A stretch of 53,605 nucleotides of DNA from a virus. Taxonomy: Duplodnaviria; Caudoviricetes. The notes under the pieces were generated by a model. The model was not told where the DNA came from. It was given only the letters and a program-made list of their open reading frames with translations, and did not search any database. The DNA lies in the IMG/VR virus record IMGVR_UViG_3300009418_000023, positions 1 to 53,605 of that record; one strand, given 5' to 3'. A program made the position numbers and the translations under genes. Below are positions 16,808 to 27,200 of the stretch, one piece after another (within the stretch, counting starts at the first letter, position 1; the number at the start of each line of letters is the position of its first letter).

Positions 16808-17371
16808 CTACCACTTTACGCTGGCAACTGCCTTCTTTACCTCTTTGTCGGTTTCATACAAAACCGCACACTTAGCAAACTCATTATCAAACCGTGATTC
16901 ACAGGCCTTGATTGACAATTCCTTTGTCAGGCAGGGAATGGATTCGATAGTTATCGGATAACTCTGTATCAGTGTTTTCCCTCCTAAGGAGAGTCCGCAT
17001 TTCTCACAGAGCCAAGTCGTAACAAACTTGCCATCAGAAGTCTTCGTTGTCTTGGGAGTTTCCAGTCTTCGCAGCAATCGAATGTACCGAAGGTTATTCG
17101 TGTCAAAGGATTCAATCATAAGATTGTCACCCTCAACTGTGAAACCAAGTTCGTCACACTCTTTCTTTACGGAGACTGAATCAAGGGGGCGATAGCCGAT
17201 GTAGGTGTGAAGCTTATCCACATCCACATTACCATCCAAAGAGATGATCCTAAGGGCTATGGTGCCTTCCTTGTTATTCACAATAGCATCCACAAGAAAC
17301 GGGTTTCCGTCGGCATCCACTGCTTCACGCATGACATGCCTAGACGAGTGGTAGGTTTGTGAACCAGCCAT
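16808..17371 (-). CDS. Hypothetical protein downstream of RNAP2
   Basis: AAAGGAG RBS; 187 aa; contains CEKC. Confidence 0.8.
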   Translation of the reverse strand: MAGSQTYHSSRHVMREAVDADGNPFLVDAIVNNKEGTIALRIISLDGNVDVDKLHTYIGYRPLDSVSVKKECDELGFTVEGDNLMIESFDTNNLRYIRLLRRLETPKTTKTSDGKFVTTWLCEKCGLSLGGKTLIQSYPITIESIPCLTKELSIKACESRFDNEFAKCAVLYETDKEVKKAVASVKW

Positions 17372-17430
17372 GATTCACTCCTTTCAATGAAGTATAGCCT
17401 ACTCCGGGCCATTGACGAAGGCCAATGATG

Positions 17431-17471
17431 ACGGGCTCTCGTCAGAGGGTCGAGGACTAACGAGAGCCCGT
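17431..17471 (-). other. 15-bp intergenic stem-loop (possible RNase III site)
   Basis: ACGGGCTCTCGTTAG / CTGACGAGAGCCCGT, with one G-U pair on the minus strand. Confidence 0.6.
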
Positions 17472-17491
17472 GGATCTTTGGTCTTCAGTAC

Positions 17492-19324
17492 TCAGTCAAT
17501 CGTGTCGAGATGGTGCATACGAATCACTGGTGGGATCATCTCAGCAATCTCAGCGTATGATGGTCCACTCGGTGGCTCGACATCATTCGCTTCCCACAGA
17601 GGAGCCAACGTAGCCTCCATTGTGGGAATAATTCGCACCATGACATTACGAGCATTCTCAAAGAACCGCCCAACTCGACTTGGTTGAAGTAAGAAACCAT
17701 CATGGTTGTCAAGTTGATGCCAATCTTGACTTTTGTTTTCAAGATTGAGCTCACTGTTGAAGTACGAATCATATATCGCGGCGAGGTGACAGCTAATCGA
17801 TCCGAACATCTCAACCTCAAACGGTGTGTACGTTGCCTTGCCTTTCCTACCATTAACAGAACCCCTAACTGTACGCTCTGGTTCTGTTGTCAGGCGGCTA
17901 TAAGGCATGAAGGGAATTACTTGCCCATCACCACGAATCAACTCAATCATCTTGCCAGTGGTCTCGACGCAGTGCTCATTGGCATTACGTGAACGTTGTC
18001 CGAGAGATCTGATCTCCGGAATAACCTCATGCATAGCCGGAGCACCAACATTACGAACCCACTTCTTGGCCACATCATACAGCTCTTCATACGTAACTGC
18101 GGCACGGAGTGTGCCCTTCTTGGTGAAGAGATGTACGAAATCGGGGTGTGTGGGCACCCAACTCGGGTACTCAACATGGTCTAACAGGTAAACCCTGTCC
18201 TCTTGGTACAGCCGTTCCATCTTGTCTGGATCGAGACCCAAGAGGTGGGTTGCCATGACAGCAACACCAGCCTCATACTGTCCGCCTCGTGCCAACCGTT
18301 TGGCGGTAGTACGTAGCGAATCATCCAACTCAATATCATTATCCATGGAGTTGATCCACCGACACATCTCGATATATGCGTCTCGCCGTTTGCCTCCGAA
18401 GAGATTACCCAGCCGCATACCAGACATACTTTTCTCAATCAACGCCTGAAACAGCTGCCCCGAACAACCCTGATCAAACTCTGCCGCAAGGGTTGTCTTC
18501 CCAGTTTGGGCATACTCTTTGCACTTCAACGCCACGCGAACGAGGCCGTATCCGTACTTATCGATACACTGACTCACTGAGCCACAACTGAGAATTGCTT
18601 CCCAGTTGTTAGCGTGAAGACCTGCCATGCCATTCGTAATTGACCAGAACACATCTGGTGTACATTCTTCGGCATTAGCGAAATCAATAAGTCCCTTTGT
18701 ATGGCTCTCTGTTTGCCATCCACAGTTACTCATATGATTGTATCGCCTTCCACGCTTATCGATACGCCTTACTGTTGGGTAGAACACTGAGTCGCCTACT
18801 CGCTTCAGTTCTTCAGCTACAGTTTCGAAACGTTCTGCATAGGCTCCACCATCCTTCGAATGGAATGCATCTGATCCCATCCATCCTTCAAGAAGCTCCA
18901 TGCTGTAACGAAGCTGAGTATCAGAGGTCCACTGCATTGACTCTGTCATACGATCGCAGATCGGCATTACATTACTCGAACACCGAGTAACCTCAGGAGC
19001 CCAAAGGCCCGTCAGCTCTCGCCGTTCCGTCTGGATAATATGCTCTCGGTGTGGGTACTCTGTCTGTTGCTGCCCAATGTAGAACTTACAGCAACTCTTA
19101 GCAATCTCGTGTTGCTGATCGTCTTCATCAGGGAACTGACGCTGTAACTCTTTGAACTCCTGCGTTCCTTGCAGTTCCAGTTCTTGATGTGCAGGAATTA
19201 CTAAGCGATCCACAGCATCTGACCCATCCCAACTGGAGGGCTTAGCGTGATATAGCACACGCTTTACTAATTCCGAATCCCCCTCGACCAAAGGATTCAC
19301 TAGGGTTGTGTTATCATATTTCAT
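17492..19324 (-). CDS. Second, compact single-subunit RNA polymerase (RNAP2, ~610 aa)
   Basis: IDKRGRRY, motif A EFDQGCSGQ, RDAY, motif B RTTAKRLARGGQY (Rx3Kx7Y), motif C NHDGF. Start MKYDN after AGGAG (alternative start 19375). Confidence 0.85.
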   Translation of the reverse strand: MKYDNTTLVNPLVEGDSELVKRVLYHAKPSSWDGSDAVDRLVIPAHQELELQGTQEFKELQRQFPDEDDQQHEIAKSCCKFYIGQQQTEYPHREHIIQTERRELTGLWAPEVTRCSSNVMPICDRMTESMQWTSDTQLRYSMELLEGWMGSDAFHSKDGGAYAERFETVAEELKRVGDSVFYPTVRRIDKRGRRYNHMSNCGWQTESHTKGLIDFANAEECTPDVFWSITNGMAGLHANNWEAILSCGSVSQCIDKYGYGLVRVALKCKEYAQTGKTTLAAEFDQGCSGQLFQALIEKSMSGMRLGNLFGGKRRDAYIEMCRWINSMDNDIELDDSLRTTAKRLARGGQYEAGVAVMATHLLGLDPDKMERLYQEDRVYLLDHVEYPSWVPTHPDFVHLFTKKGTLRAAVTYEELYDVAKKWVRNVGAPAMHEVIPEIRSLGQRSRNANEHCVETTGKMIELIRGDGQVIPFMPYSRLTTEPERTVRGSVNGRKGKATYTPFEVEMFGSISCHLAAIYDSYFNSELNLENKSQDWHQLDNHDGFLLQPSRVGRFFENARNVMVRIIPTMEATLAPLWEANDVEPPSGPSYAEIAEMIPPVIRMHHLDTID

Positions 19325-19394
19325 GATAAACACTCCTGTGTGAGGGATTCTAAGGATGACAGTACAAACACTCATCCTATAAAAGTGTCAAAGG

Positions 19395-19422
19395 CCTCCT
19401 CCGACCCGAAAGCCAGAGGAGG
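19395..19422 (-). terminator. GC-rich hairpin upstream of RNAP2 (terminator or processing site)
   Basis: CCTCCTCTGGC-TTTCG-GGTCGGAGGAGG followed by CCTTTGACACTTTT. Confidence 0.45.
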
Positions 19423-19447
19423 TATACTTCTCTTCTTCCAGCATTAC

Positions 19448-19963
19448 TCACTTGGAACGCCTGTTGTACCACATTCCAAAGTGTGAGTTAGCATCTTCCA
19501 GATCCTTCCACATCCAGTAGTCACCCTTCGCCTTGAGTACCAGATCTTCGAGGATCTTGATATGGATCTCTTTGGGTGACCTCTTATCCTTGAGACGGCA
19601 TACATCTAGCAAATTCTGGATGTGCCGGGGCGCATCGTTGGCCGGATCACCCTTAAGGTGCTCCATCAGTCGCCAAGCAAACTGGTCTGCAACATCTTCT
19701 GCCGTCTTGTACGTGAAGTGACCAAAGTGAAGTTGCTGCAAGTTGTCACGAGTACCTGTAGCTATCCACACCCATAGCCTGAAGAAGGCCTCCAGAACCT
19801 CTTCGAGGGTTGTATCTTCCTCGAAGATAGAATCATGAAGTAACCGAATCTTCATAAGATAAGCGTCAGAGTCTACAGTTCCATCGGTGCCAGCGATAGC
19901 TTCCTTGACCCTCGCAAGGTCATCGGGACTATGCCAACAATCGAGTAACATATCGCCACTCAT
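19448..19963 (-). CDS. Hypothetical protein
   Basis: AAGGAG RBS; 171 aa. Confidence 0.8.
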   Translation of the reverse strand: MSGDMLLDCWHSPDDLARVKEAIAGTDGTVDSDAYLMKIRLLHDSIFEEDTTLEEVLEAFFRLWVWIATGTRDNLQQLHFGHFTYKTAEDVADQFAWRLMEHLKGDPANDAPRHIQNLLDVCRLKDKRSPKEIHIKILEDLVLKAKGDYWMWKDLEDANSHFGMWYNRRSK

Positions 19964-20011
19964 AACTAACTCTCCTTGTGTTAGAGGTATGATTTACATC
20001 ATCTCTGAATA

Positions 20012-20040
20012 GGACACACGGGATTTCTCGCCGTGTGTCC
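20012..20040. other. Perfect 10-bp inverted repeat
   Basis: GGACACACGG-9 nt-CCGTGTGTCC, intergenic. Confidence 0.6.
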
Positions 20041-20070
20041 GTTTGGTTGTTAAGTCCAGTTAAGGACTGA

Positions 20071-20280
20071 CTAGCTCACACGGATCACGGTGACATGATC
20101 CAGATGAGTAGCGAGTTCGCCTTCCCAGCTTGTGAGAAGCCGACGGTTACGAGGATAAGGATTGCCGAGCACGGTGTCAATCGCACGTGCCGTGAGCTGC
20201 TTGTCATCCTCAGTGATACCTTCAGCGTTCTTATCTTCTGGGGAAGGTGGAACCCAGAACCTTCGGGGGGGGGCGGTCAT
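20071..20280 (-). CDS. Hypothetical protein
   Basis: GAGGAGG RBS. Confidence 0.7.
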   Translation of the reverse strand: MTAPPRRFWVPPSPEDKNAEGITEDDKQLTARAIDTVLGNPYPRNRRLLTSWEGELATHLDHVTVIRVS

Positions 20281-20479
20281 AATGACCTCCTCGTGTTAGA
20301 GTTATGACCTACGCAGGTCATCTCAAAAGTCAGCACCACACCTTACGGCGAGGGCTGGTACACTGAGACAATACTAAAACCACTCTTCCCGACTTCCCCT
20401 CCATGAGAAGCATGGTAGTACTCTCTTAAGTCTCTCCGGATACCAGCGGTACCCGGAGAGGTGACTCGGCGTGATCACC

Positions 20480-20815
20480 TCATCGTTGATGGGTGATCAA
20501 TCCCGACTGATCGGGAAGCACAATCGCATCCCTACGCTTCTTCATCTGGACTTGATCCAGAGTGTCCGAAGTTTGAGGACCAACGATTAGCGTAACTGGA
20601 CTGCGCTTTCTATAGAAACGCTCAGCCACTTCGTCACTGACCCACTGATCCTGATGCCACCTAAGTGGAACCAGAGTTACAGTCTGTTCAGAACCTTTCG
20701 GTTCGTCCCTGACTAAGGAAGCACAGATGTGTCCCCAGTGATGCCAGATCACAAGTGTCAGCCCAGCTAGTGCAAGCACTAACGCCGATATGTTGTACCA
20801 TTGAGCATCGCTCAT
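20480..20815 (-). CDS. Membrane-anchored hypothetical protein
   Basis: AAGGAG RBS; N-terminal TM helix. Confidence 0.75.
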   Translation of the reverse strand: MSDAQWYNISALVLALAGLTLVIWHHWGHICASLVRDEPKGSEQTVTLVPLRWHQDQWVSDEVAERFYRKRSPVTLIVGPQTSDTLDQVQMKKRRDAIVLPDQSGLITHQR

Positions 20816-20857
20816 TATAGTACTCCTTTGGGTTGTGACCCCGAAGGGTCAGACCAT

Positions 20858-20947
20858 TGGCCTGTCTCATCAGTGCTGGGCGGCCAGTCCCAACAAACAC
20901 CATACTCCTCAACCATCGGCGGTTGAGGACGTAGGGGGTGTTTCGAC
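20858..20947 (-). ncRNA. Type II hammerhead ribozyme
   Basis: GUC-GAAA-[stem III CACC...GGUG]-UU-[stem I UGUUGGG/CCCAGCA]-CUGAUGA-GAC; loop I UGGCC can pair with the 3' GGCCA. Confidence 0.85.
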
Positions 20948-20987
20948 TATTCATCCGCAGTCGAAGCGGTGTCGAGTGCGTCAGGGT

Positions 20988-21173
20988 TTACTTACCCTGT
21001 GCAATTGCAACGCACTTCGGACACAGTGGGATCTCGATGCGGTTTCCATCCGCATCACAGACAGCCACTGTGATGCACGCGCAGAGGTGACTCTGCTCGT
21101 GCGATATGAAGCGCCCGCAATCGGAACACTGCTCTTGCGAGCTAGTGTTACGCCGGACATCGGATGATACCAT
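20988..21173 (-). CDS. Small Zn-finger-like protein
   Basis: AGGAGG RBS; CSDC...HLC...CPKC. Confidence 0.65.
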   Translation of the reverse strand: MVSSDVRRNTSSQEQCSDCGRFISHEQSHLCACITVAVCDADGNRIEIPLCPKCVAIAQGK

Positions 21174-21282
21174 AGTATCACCTCCTGTGGGTTGTGACCC
21201 TACAAGGGTCAGGCCTTAAGGGGATAGGGGGGGAGGGCATACCCTCCACCTCATCCATACCCACGGAGAAATTCTCGACCCC

Positions 21283-24200
21283 CTAGTCGATTATTCCCGC
21301 ATCTCTATCGTACCTTCTTTGTTGTGCCTTACGTTCTCTATCCTCCCATTCGGGACTCCCCACAGGAGCTCCTACAAGGCTCTCAGGAGCTCGCTCAGGC
21401 CGCGTCTCTCGGATAGCCCCCACTATATCTCGTCTCATAGGACGCGGTGTGGGGGCAGCAGGAGCCTGTGAGGGGACGCTAGGAGCGGTTGTCTTAGGAG
21501 CCGGTGCAGGGGTTGCTGCAGGATTGGGATATTGCATCTTAGGAGTACCTGTAGCACCGGAGGGATTATACCCCTGAAGGAGTTGTTGTTGGATTGCTGG
21601 TGGGAGGTTTTCAAACTTAGGTTCCCACCCTAGTTCTCTAAGGATTTCTCGTAAGTCTGCGGCATATTGGGGTAAATTAGATGTCTCAGAAAAAGAACCA
21701 TAGGTTGCCCATTTTTTGTTTGATGATTTAGCACCCCTGCTCATTGAGTTGTTTTGCCTTTGCCACTCTTCGCCCATAGCGGAGAAGAATATAATCCTAG
21801 TTAAGGCATCGCCTATAACCGGAAGTGTTCTCGTTAGCATTATCATTGATGCCCAATCTGTATCTTTTTCATCATCTGTCCAGCCATCTATCAGCTTCTT
21901 AACATTATACAAGAAGGAGTTCATTGCACCCACTGGTACAAATCCAAAAGCTTCTCGGTGTGTGTTTGCGTAGATACCTACTACGGTTTCCATAAGCAAG
22001 CCTATATATCTACCAAAGTGTGGTAATCTAGCCATCATAAACAATGATTGTTTAACCGGGTCTTCTTCCCATCCCTCGATGATGTCTTCTACAGGATATC
22101 CTGCAGCTACAAGCAACAGTGACATATACAATGAATCAACCATAGCATATGAAACCCAATGAAGGGCGTTTCGTCTAAGGCTGAATCTTTGGTTTCTTCG
22201 TCCAATTTGCTGAGAAGCAAATAATACAGGATACCGCCTAAAGGTTTCAAAGATAAGATCCCAGCTACTATTGCCCGTAGCTGTATCAAAGGGATTAGGG
22301 TCGACTAAGATTTCATGGATATATCTTTTTTCTGCTCTTCTTAATCCTGAAATTATATCAAGGTATTGTTTGTATTCTGGATCTGTAGTAGCCCACTGAG
22401 GACCGCCTTCCCATGCCTCACCTTTATTCAAATTAGTTAATAATCCTCCTAAGCTGTAATACTCATCTCCCTTAGGACTGTTAACCATCTTAGCAAGGAT
22501 ATCTACATTATCGTTTGTCAGAACACCCTCATTCATTAAATACATAATGTTTGCTGCGTCTGTTCCGGGCAGGCCTACTCTTGACATTAACTTAGAAATA
22601 ATCTTACGCCCATCTACAGTATCCCATTCTTTAGGATCAACCTGCTTATGTAAACGCAAGAACTCTTTTAGCTTACTGCCATCTCCACCAACCGTAGCTT
22701 GCTGTAACCATCCTCTAAAGATCGTAGCTCGTGAGGTAGCAATCATTTGATGCAGTATTCCTGCAAGGTGCATATTACGCTCACCTAACCACTGAGGTAA
22801 CCTTTGATACCACTCCGACCTTACATCAATATCTGGCCGAGCATAGTCTGGTATCCGACCTTGGTTAAATATTCGGATAATCTCTGCCATATCTCTTGCA
22901 ACATTCTTTCTAATGTTAGGATCAAGTCCCATAAGAGGGGCAACGGCAGCCTTAATAAAACCACCCATACTACCTCGACCAAGTAGTTGATCAATCATAT
23001 TCATAGTATTCTCTACTACAAGCGTAGCCATAGTAAGGTTTGTGCCAAAGACAATTCTAACAACATCTGGAGCATATCTTGTAATAAAGTTTAGAGTTTC
23101 ATCGGCTGAGTCTCTATTACTTTCCTGTTTACCTAAAATAGTATTATACTTGATCTCTAATACACCCATTGCTTTAGTAAGTATATCACTGTCTTTAGCA
23201 CTTATACGACTACCGTCACTATTAAAAAGATTACCCATACCCAGTACATTCCTAAAGATACCTAACACATCGCCAGTAGTAGCCTTAATCCCATACTTAT
23301 CCATATACATAGATTGCTCTGCAATCCTCTGCCCAAGATGTTTCATGATACCATCTGAAATTGTTTCTGGCCCCCAGACAAGCATATCTGCAATCGCAGG
23401 ATTATTCATAACTTCGTGGACCGGAGGAATAGCCCAATCATTAGAGAAGTATATCTTTCGTCCAGCACCATTCATAATGTTTGCCACATGAACACTTACA
23501 GGACTGCTGATAGTAGGAGACTGCTGTCTTGCGGATTTTCCTTCAACGACCCCAAGAGTCGCAAGTCTGGAATCTATAGACTGACCTCTAAGTATATCTA
23601 GACGAGCTTGATTAGGTTTCTTTGCCTCAGCCCTATACTTACTCCACCAACCAGCGGTAATTCGTGTGTTTTCACTATTAAACCCCAAGTAGTCAGCACT
23701 AAACTTATTCTTTTTGTATCGCATATACCTCATAATTTGAGCTATAGCTGGTATAACATAGTTAACATAAGTATTGTGTTGTTCAATAGTAGAAGTTTTA
23801 TTTGTAAGTAAGCTACGGTATTCTTCATTTGTTTTAATACTTGCAAGTCTAGTTAGTGTGCTATCATAAGATGTGCTTCTTTCGCTCTGGCGTTGCCTCA
23901 TTAATTCGGCCATTGCCATAATTTCTTTCCAGAGTTGTGGGTTCTTAGTTTCTAACTCAGCTAACTCTTTTAGCCCTACTTCGGGATCAGCCAAATGAGG
24001 AAGCTCGCCCATTGCGTATAAAGTATAAGGACACATTCTTCTTGTTTTAAGATCTATATTCTGAGATTCCGTAACAATACGATCTCCAATAACCTTACCC
24101 ATTTCTTCTCTAAAGTTATTATAAACCGGCTGATCTTGTACCTTAGCATTCGCAAACATAAAAGGAATAGCTTCATCAAAAGCTCTATCCATAACACCTA

Positions 24201-27200
24201 CTTCGACCCCCATATGGTTTACAATACCTAGTAATGCAGCATAGTTAGTTACAATATTATCTGCTTCCTTTCTTAGCTCTGTGCTGTTTACAAGCAATGC
24301 ATCCGTGTACTCATACGCTTCTCCTGCCATTTGTTTTACTAACTTAGTCCACACTTCTTTAGCAAAGGTATCTCTTGTTTTCTCGTTTCCGGCAGTATTC
24401 CCTAATACCTGAGTTCTAAATCGAACGGTTGATTCAATAGGCCCAATAATATCATCGTAGACTCTTTCCATAGAGTTTCTAATCTCAGTAGATATTTGGT
24501 CAATCTGCTGAACAGAACCTAAGACATGGGGTATGCCATCCATATTACCCCAATGTCCTGCCATAGTACTCATTGAGTTGTCAATCATTGTTGATAACAT
24601 AACAAGTAAAGTAAAGGGAGAATTCCAAGTAGCACCGGATTCAGTACTACCAGTAGCAAGCATAGTCATAAACTGTTTTACTTTAGAACCAATACCACCC
24701 GGCCTGTTAAAGTAAGGAAGCTGCTGTATTGCCTTAGTAGCTTCAGCCATAAAGCGTCCGTCATTCCCCCGCATCATTTTAGTCATATCCATCAGTATCT
24801 GTGTAGCAAGAATCTGTTGATCATGAGGAGTACCTTCAACGAATATTCTCTTAACATCAAGAAGATCTGGACCATATGTTTCAACTGAGAAGTCCCCGCT
24901 TCTAACACTATATTGATTCTTAAGGTTTTCCCGACCTATAAGGAATTCACCTGTAGTAATACCAAGCGGTGTTATTTTATTACCGCCAAGAGTATCACGC
25001 CTATTCTCTAGCTGACCACGCTCCTTACTCAACTCCTCCCACTCCTTTTCAAACTTTCCGGATTCACTTTCAGGTGCCTCGGGAGTATAGAAGTTATGGT
25101 GTATAGCGTCCTCTAATTCACCCATTCTTCTCTTAACTTCATCAAGAGATTGTAGGGTAGCTAGTAATTCGTTCTCTGTATTCTCCACCGTAGATTGTTG
25201 TTGTGTTCCTTCTGTAGACATATACAGCGGTCCCATATCAGGGTTACCTACATCAGCTATCGTATTTCTACTTGTCTTGGTTGCATCCTGTCCTAGAGTT
25301 CTTCTGATTAAGTTAATGGCTCTTTCGTATTCAGCTGGCTCGGTTGATTTAAAATCTGAGAATACAGAAGATACTCTATCTAATATCTTACCAATAAAGG
25401 CAAAGATTTTATCAATTATGGTTTGTGTCTTTGCAAAGAATCCCGCTTCTTCGGAAGTTAGAGGAGTATTGGCTTCAACCTGCCTTAGTAATTCTAAGGA
25501 ATCGTGTACTAAATGATACCCTGTCAGGGCCGCAATAAACTCTTCGCCCGTAGTATCGTTCATAATTCTAGCATACTCATCTTGAGCAGCCTTATTCCAC
25601 TGGCCGTTATGGAAAGCCATAACAAGTTTCTTCAGTGTTCCGCCACCCTGTTTACTCCGCTCGCGTAAGAATAACGTTCTCCACTCTCTATAGTGGTATG
25701 AATCATTCTCGATAAACATCATTCTACCAATATGGCCAATCTCCTCAGCCACTAAATACGCCACACTTAATGCATCTCTTCGCCCAACTAATTGATTACC
25801 AATTCTAATTGTATACCTACCACCTGATTTTTCTGCGGATCCTCTTCGCTGTTTCCCAGAATTATCAACCCACTCACTATCTAAGAATTCAAAATTAACC
25901 TCAAGAACCATATCAGGAGCATACTTAAACCACTTACCAAGAATTGCTCTTATCATTCTAGCTTGAGCCTCAGAAAGGCGACCACCGTCAACAGCCTCTT
26001 TTATCTTAAGGGATAGTTTACCCAACTCAGGAACAGCAGATGAGAAGTTATCGTGATTTCGAAGATCTCTGCTTTTAAGATGCAGCTCATTAAATAAATC
26101 CGGATCTCTATCAAACACATGAGTATCTAATACAGAAGCTAATGCCGCCTCTGCTGAAGAATGCATCTCGGTAGACATATCTTCAATATCATATATCTCC
26201 TGCAGATAAGCAAGGAAGTCAATAGTAATATCGGAATCACCAGAAACAGTACGTTCTCCCTCGCTAATCTGATCTACGTATGATCTAGCATCCCAATAAA
26301 AATCATTAAACTGTTGACTATCGGTTGCATTTAGGATTGACATAAGCTGATTAAACTCACCCTTAACTCTAAGGTAAGCACTAGAAACATCAGCATCAAA
26401 CTTTTCTTTTTCTGCCGCTGTTTCTCGTGACATCAGGGGGAAGAATACTCTAACCTCGCCCATCTCAATATCGGGTTGCCGTAACATAAGCCCAAGTATA
26501 ATAGCTCGTATGGTTGCTGGGTTTTTAATATTCCCATCAGTTAGTTGTAGTGTAGTTACAAGGAGTTCTTGAATAGTTCTATGCTCAAGATCAACCCCAT
26601 CTGTATACACATCCATATAAGATTCTCTAACCCCAGTTAGATCATGAATAAGACTCAACCCTCTTGAGTTAGCTTGTGAGTGAGGGCTACTATGTTCCAT
26701 TTCTATATTCCAAGTTGGAACAATAGTTTTAAAGGTTGTCTTTGCTTTTCCTTTTACCGTCCCTCGGAACGGTCCTTCAGAGGCAGCCTCAATATCAACC
26801 GGCGTTGTTCGTCTAACTAATTCCTTTAGAATTTTTTCGTTAAACTCTGCATCTTCTGAAATATATTTGTTATATAGATCCATAGATGCTTCCGGCGATC
26901 TTTCATTTATCTCCGCAATTTTTCTTCTAATTGCGTCTGCCTGTATAGGAGATCCAGAACGCTCAAAAGCTAAACTCAAATCTTTCTCGGTAACCACTAC
27001 TGGTTCACCATTAACTCGCGTGCCTCTCTTTTTTAAGGCAGCAGCAAACATACCCTCTTCACTCTTCTCACCGAGTTTTAATCCTTTAAGCAAACTATTT
27101 AAAGTCCAGTTTAGACTTTGTGTAATGTCACCACCTAAAAACTTAGAATCAGCGAGCATGTTGTTTTGCATTAAGTCAATACTAAGTTCAGCAACTATCT

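Noticed and set aside
17431-17471. CTGACGA resembling a second hammerhead core
   Set aside because: It lies inside a 15-bp stem and there is no correctly placed GAAA or stems I/III.
19355-19392. TTGACA upstream of RNAP2 as a sigma70 promoter
   Set aside because: No acceptable -10 hexamer at 16-18 nt spacing.
16786-20068. Similar GTTAAGTC...GACTGA hairpins at ~16786 and ~20048
   Set aside because: They are short, imperfect and in opposite orientations; chance similarity cannot be excluded.
20688-20954. 88-aa minus-strand ORF
   Set aside because: It overlaps the hammerhead and the better-supported 20480-20815 gene, and has no clear RBS.
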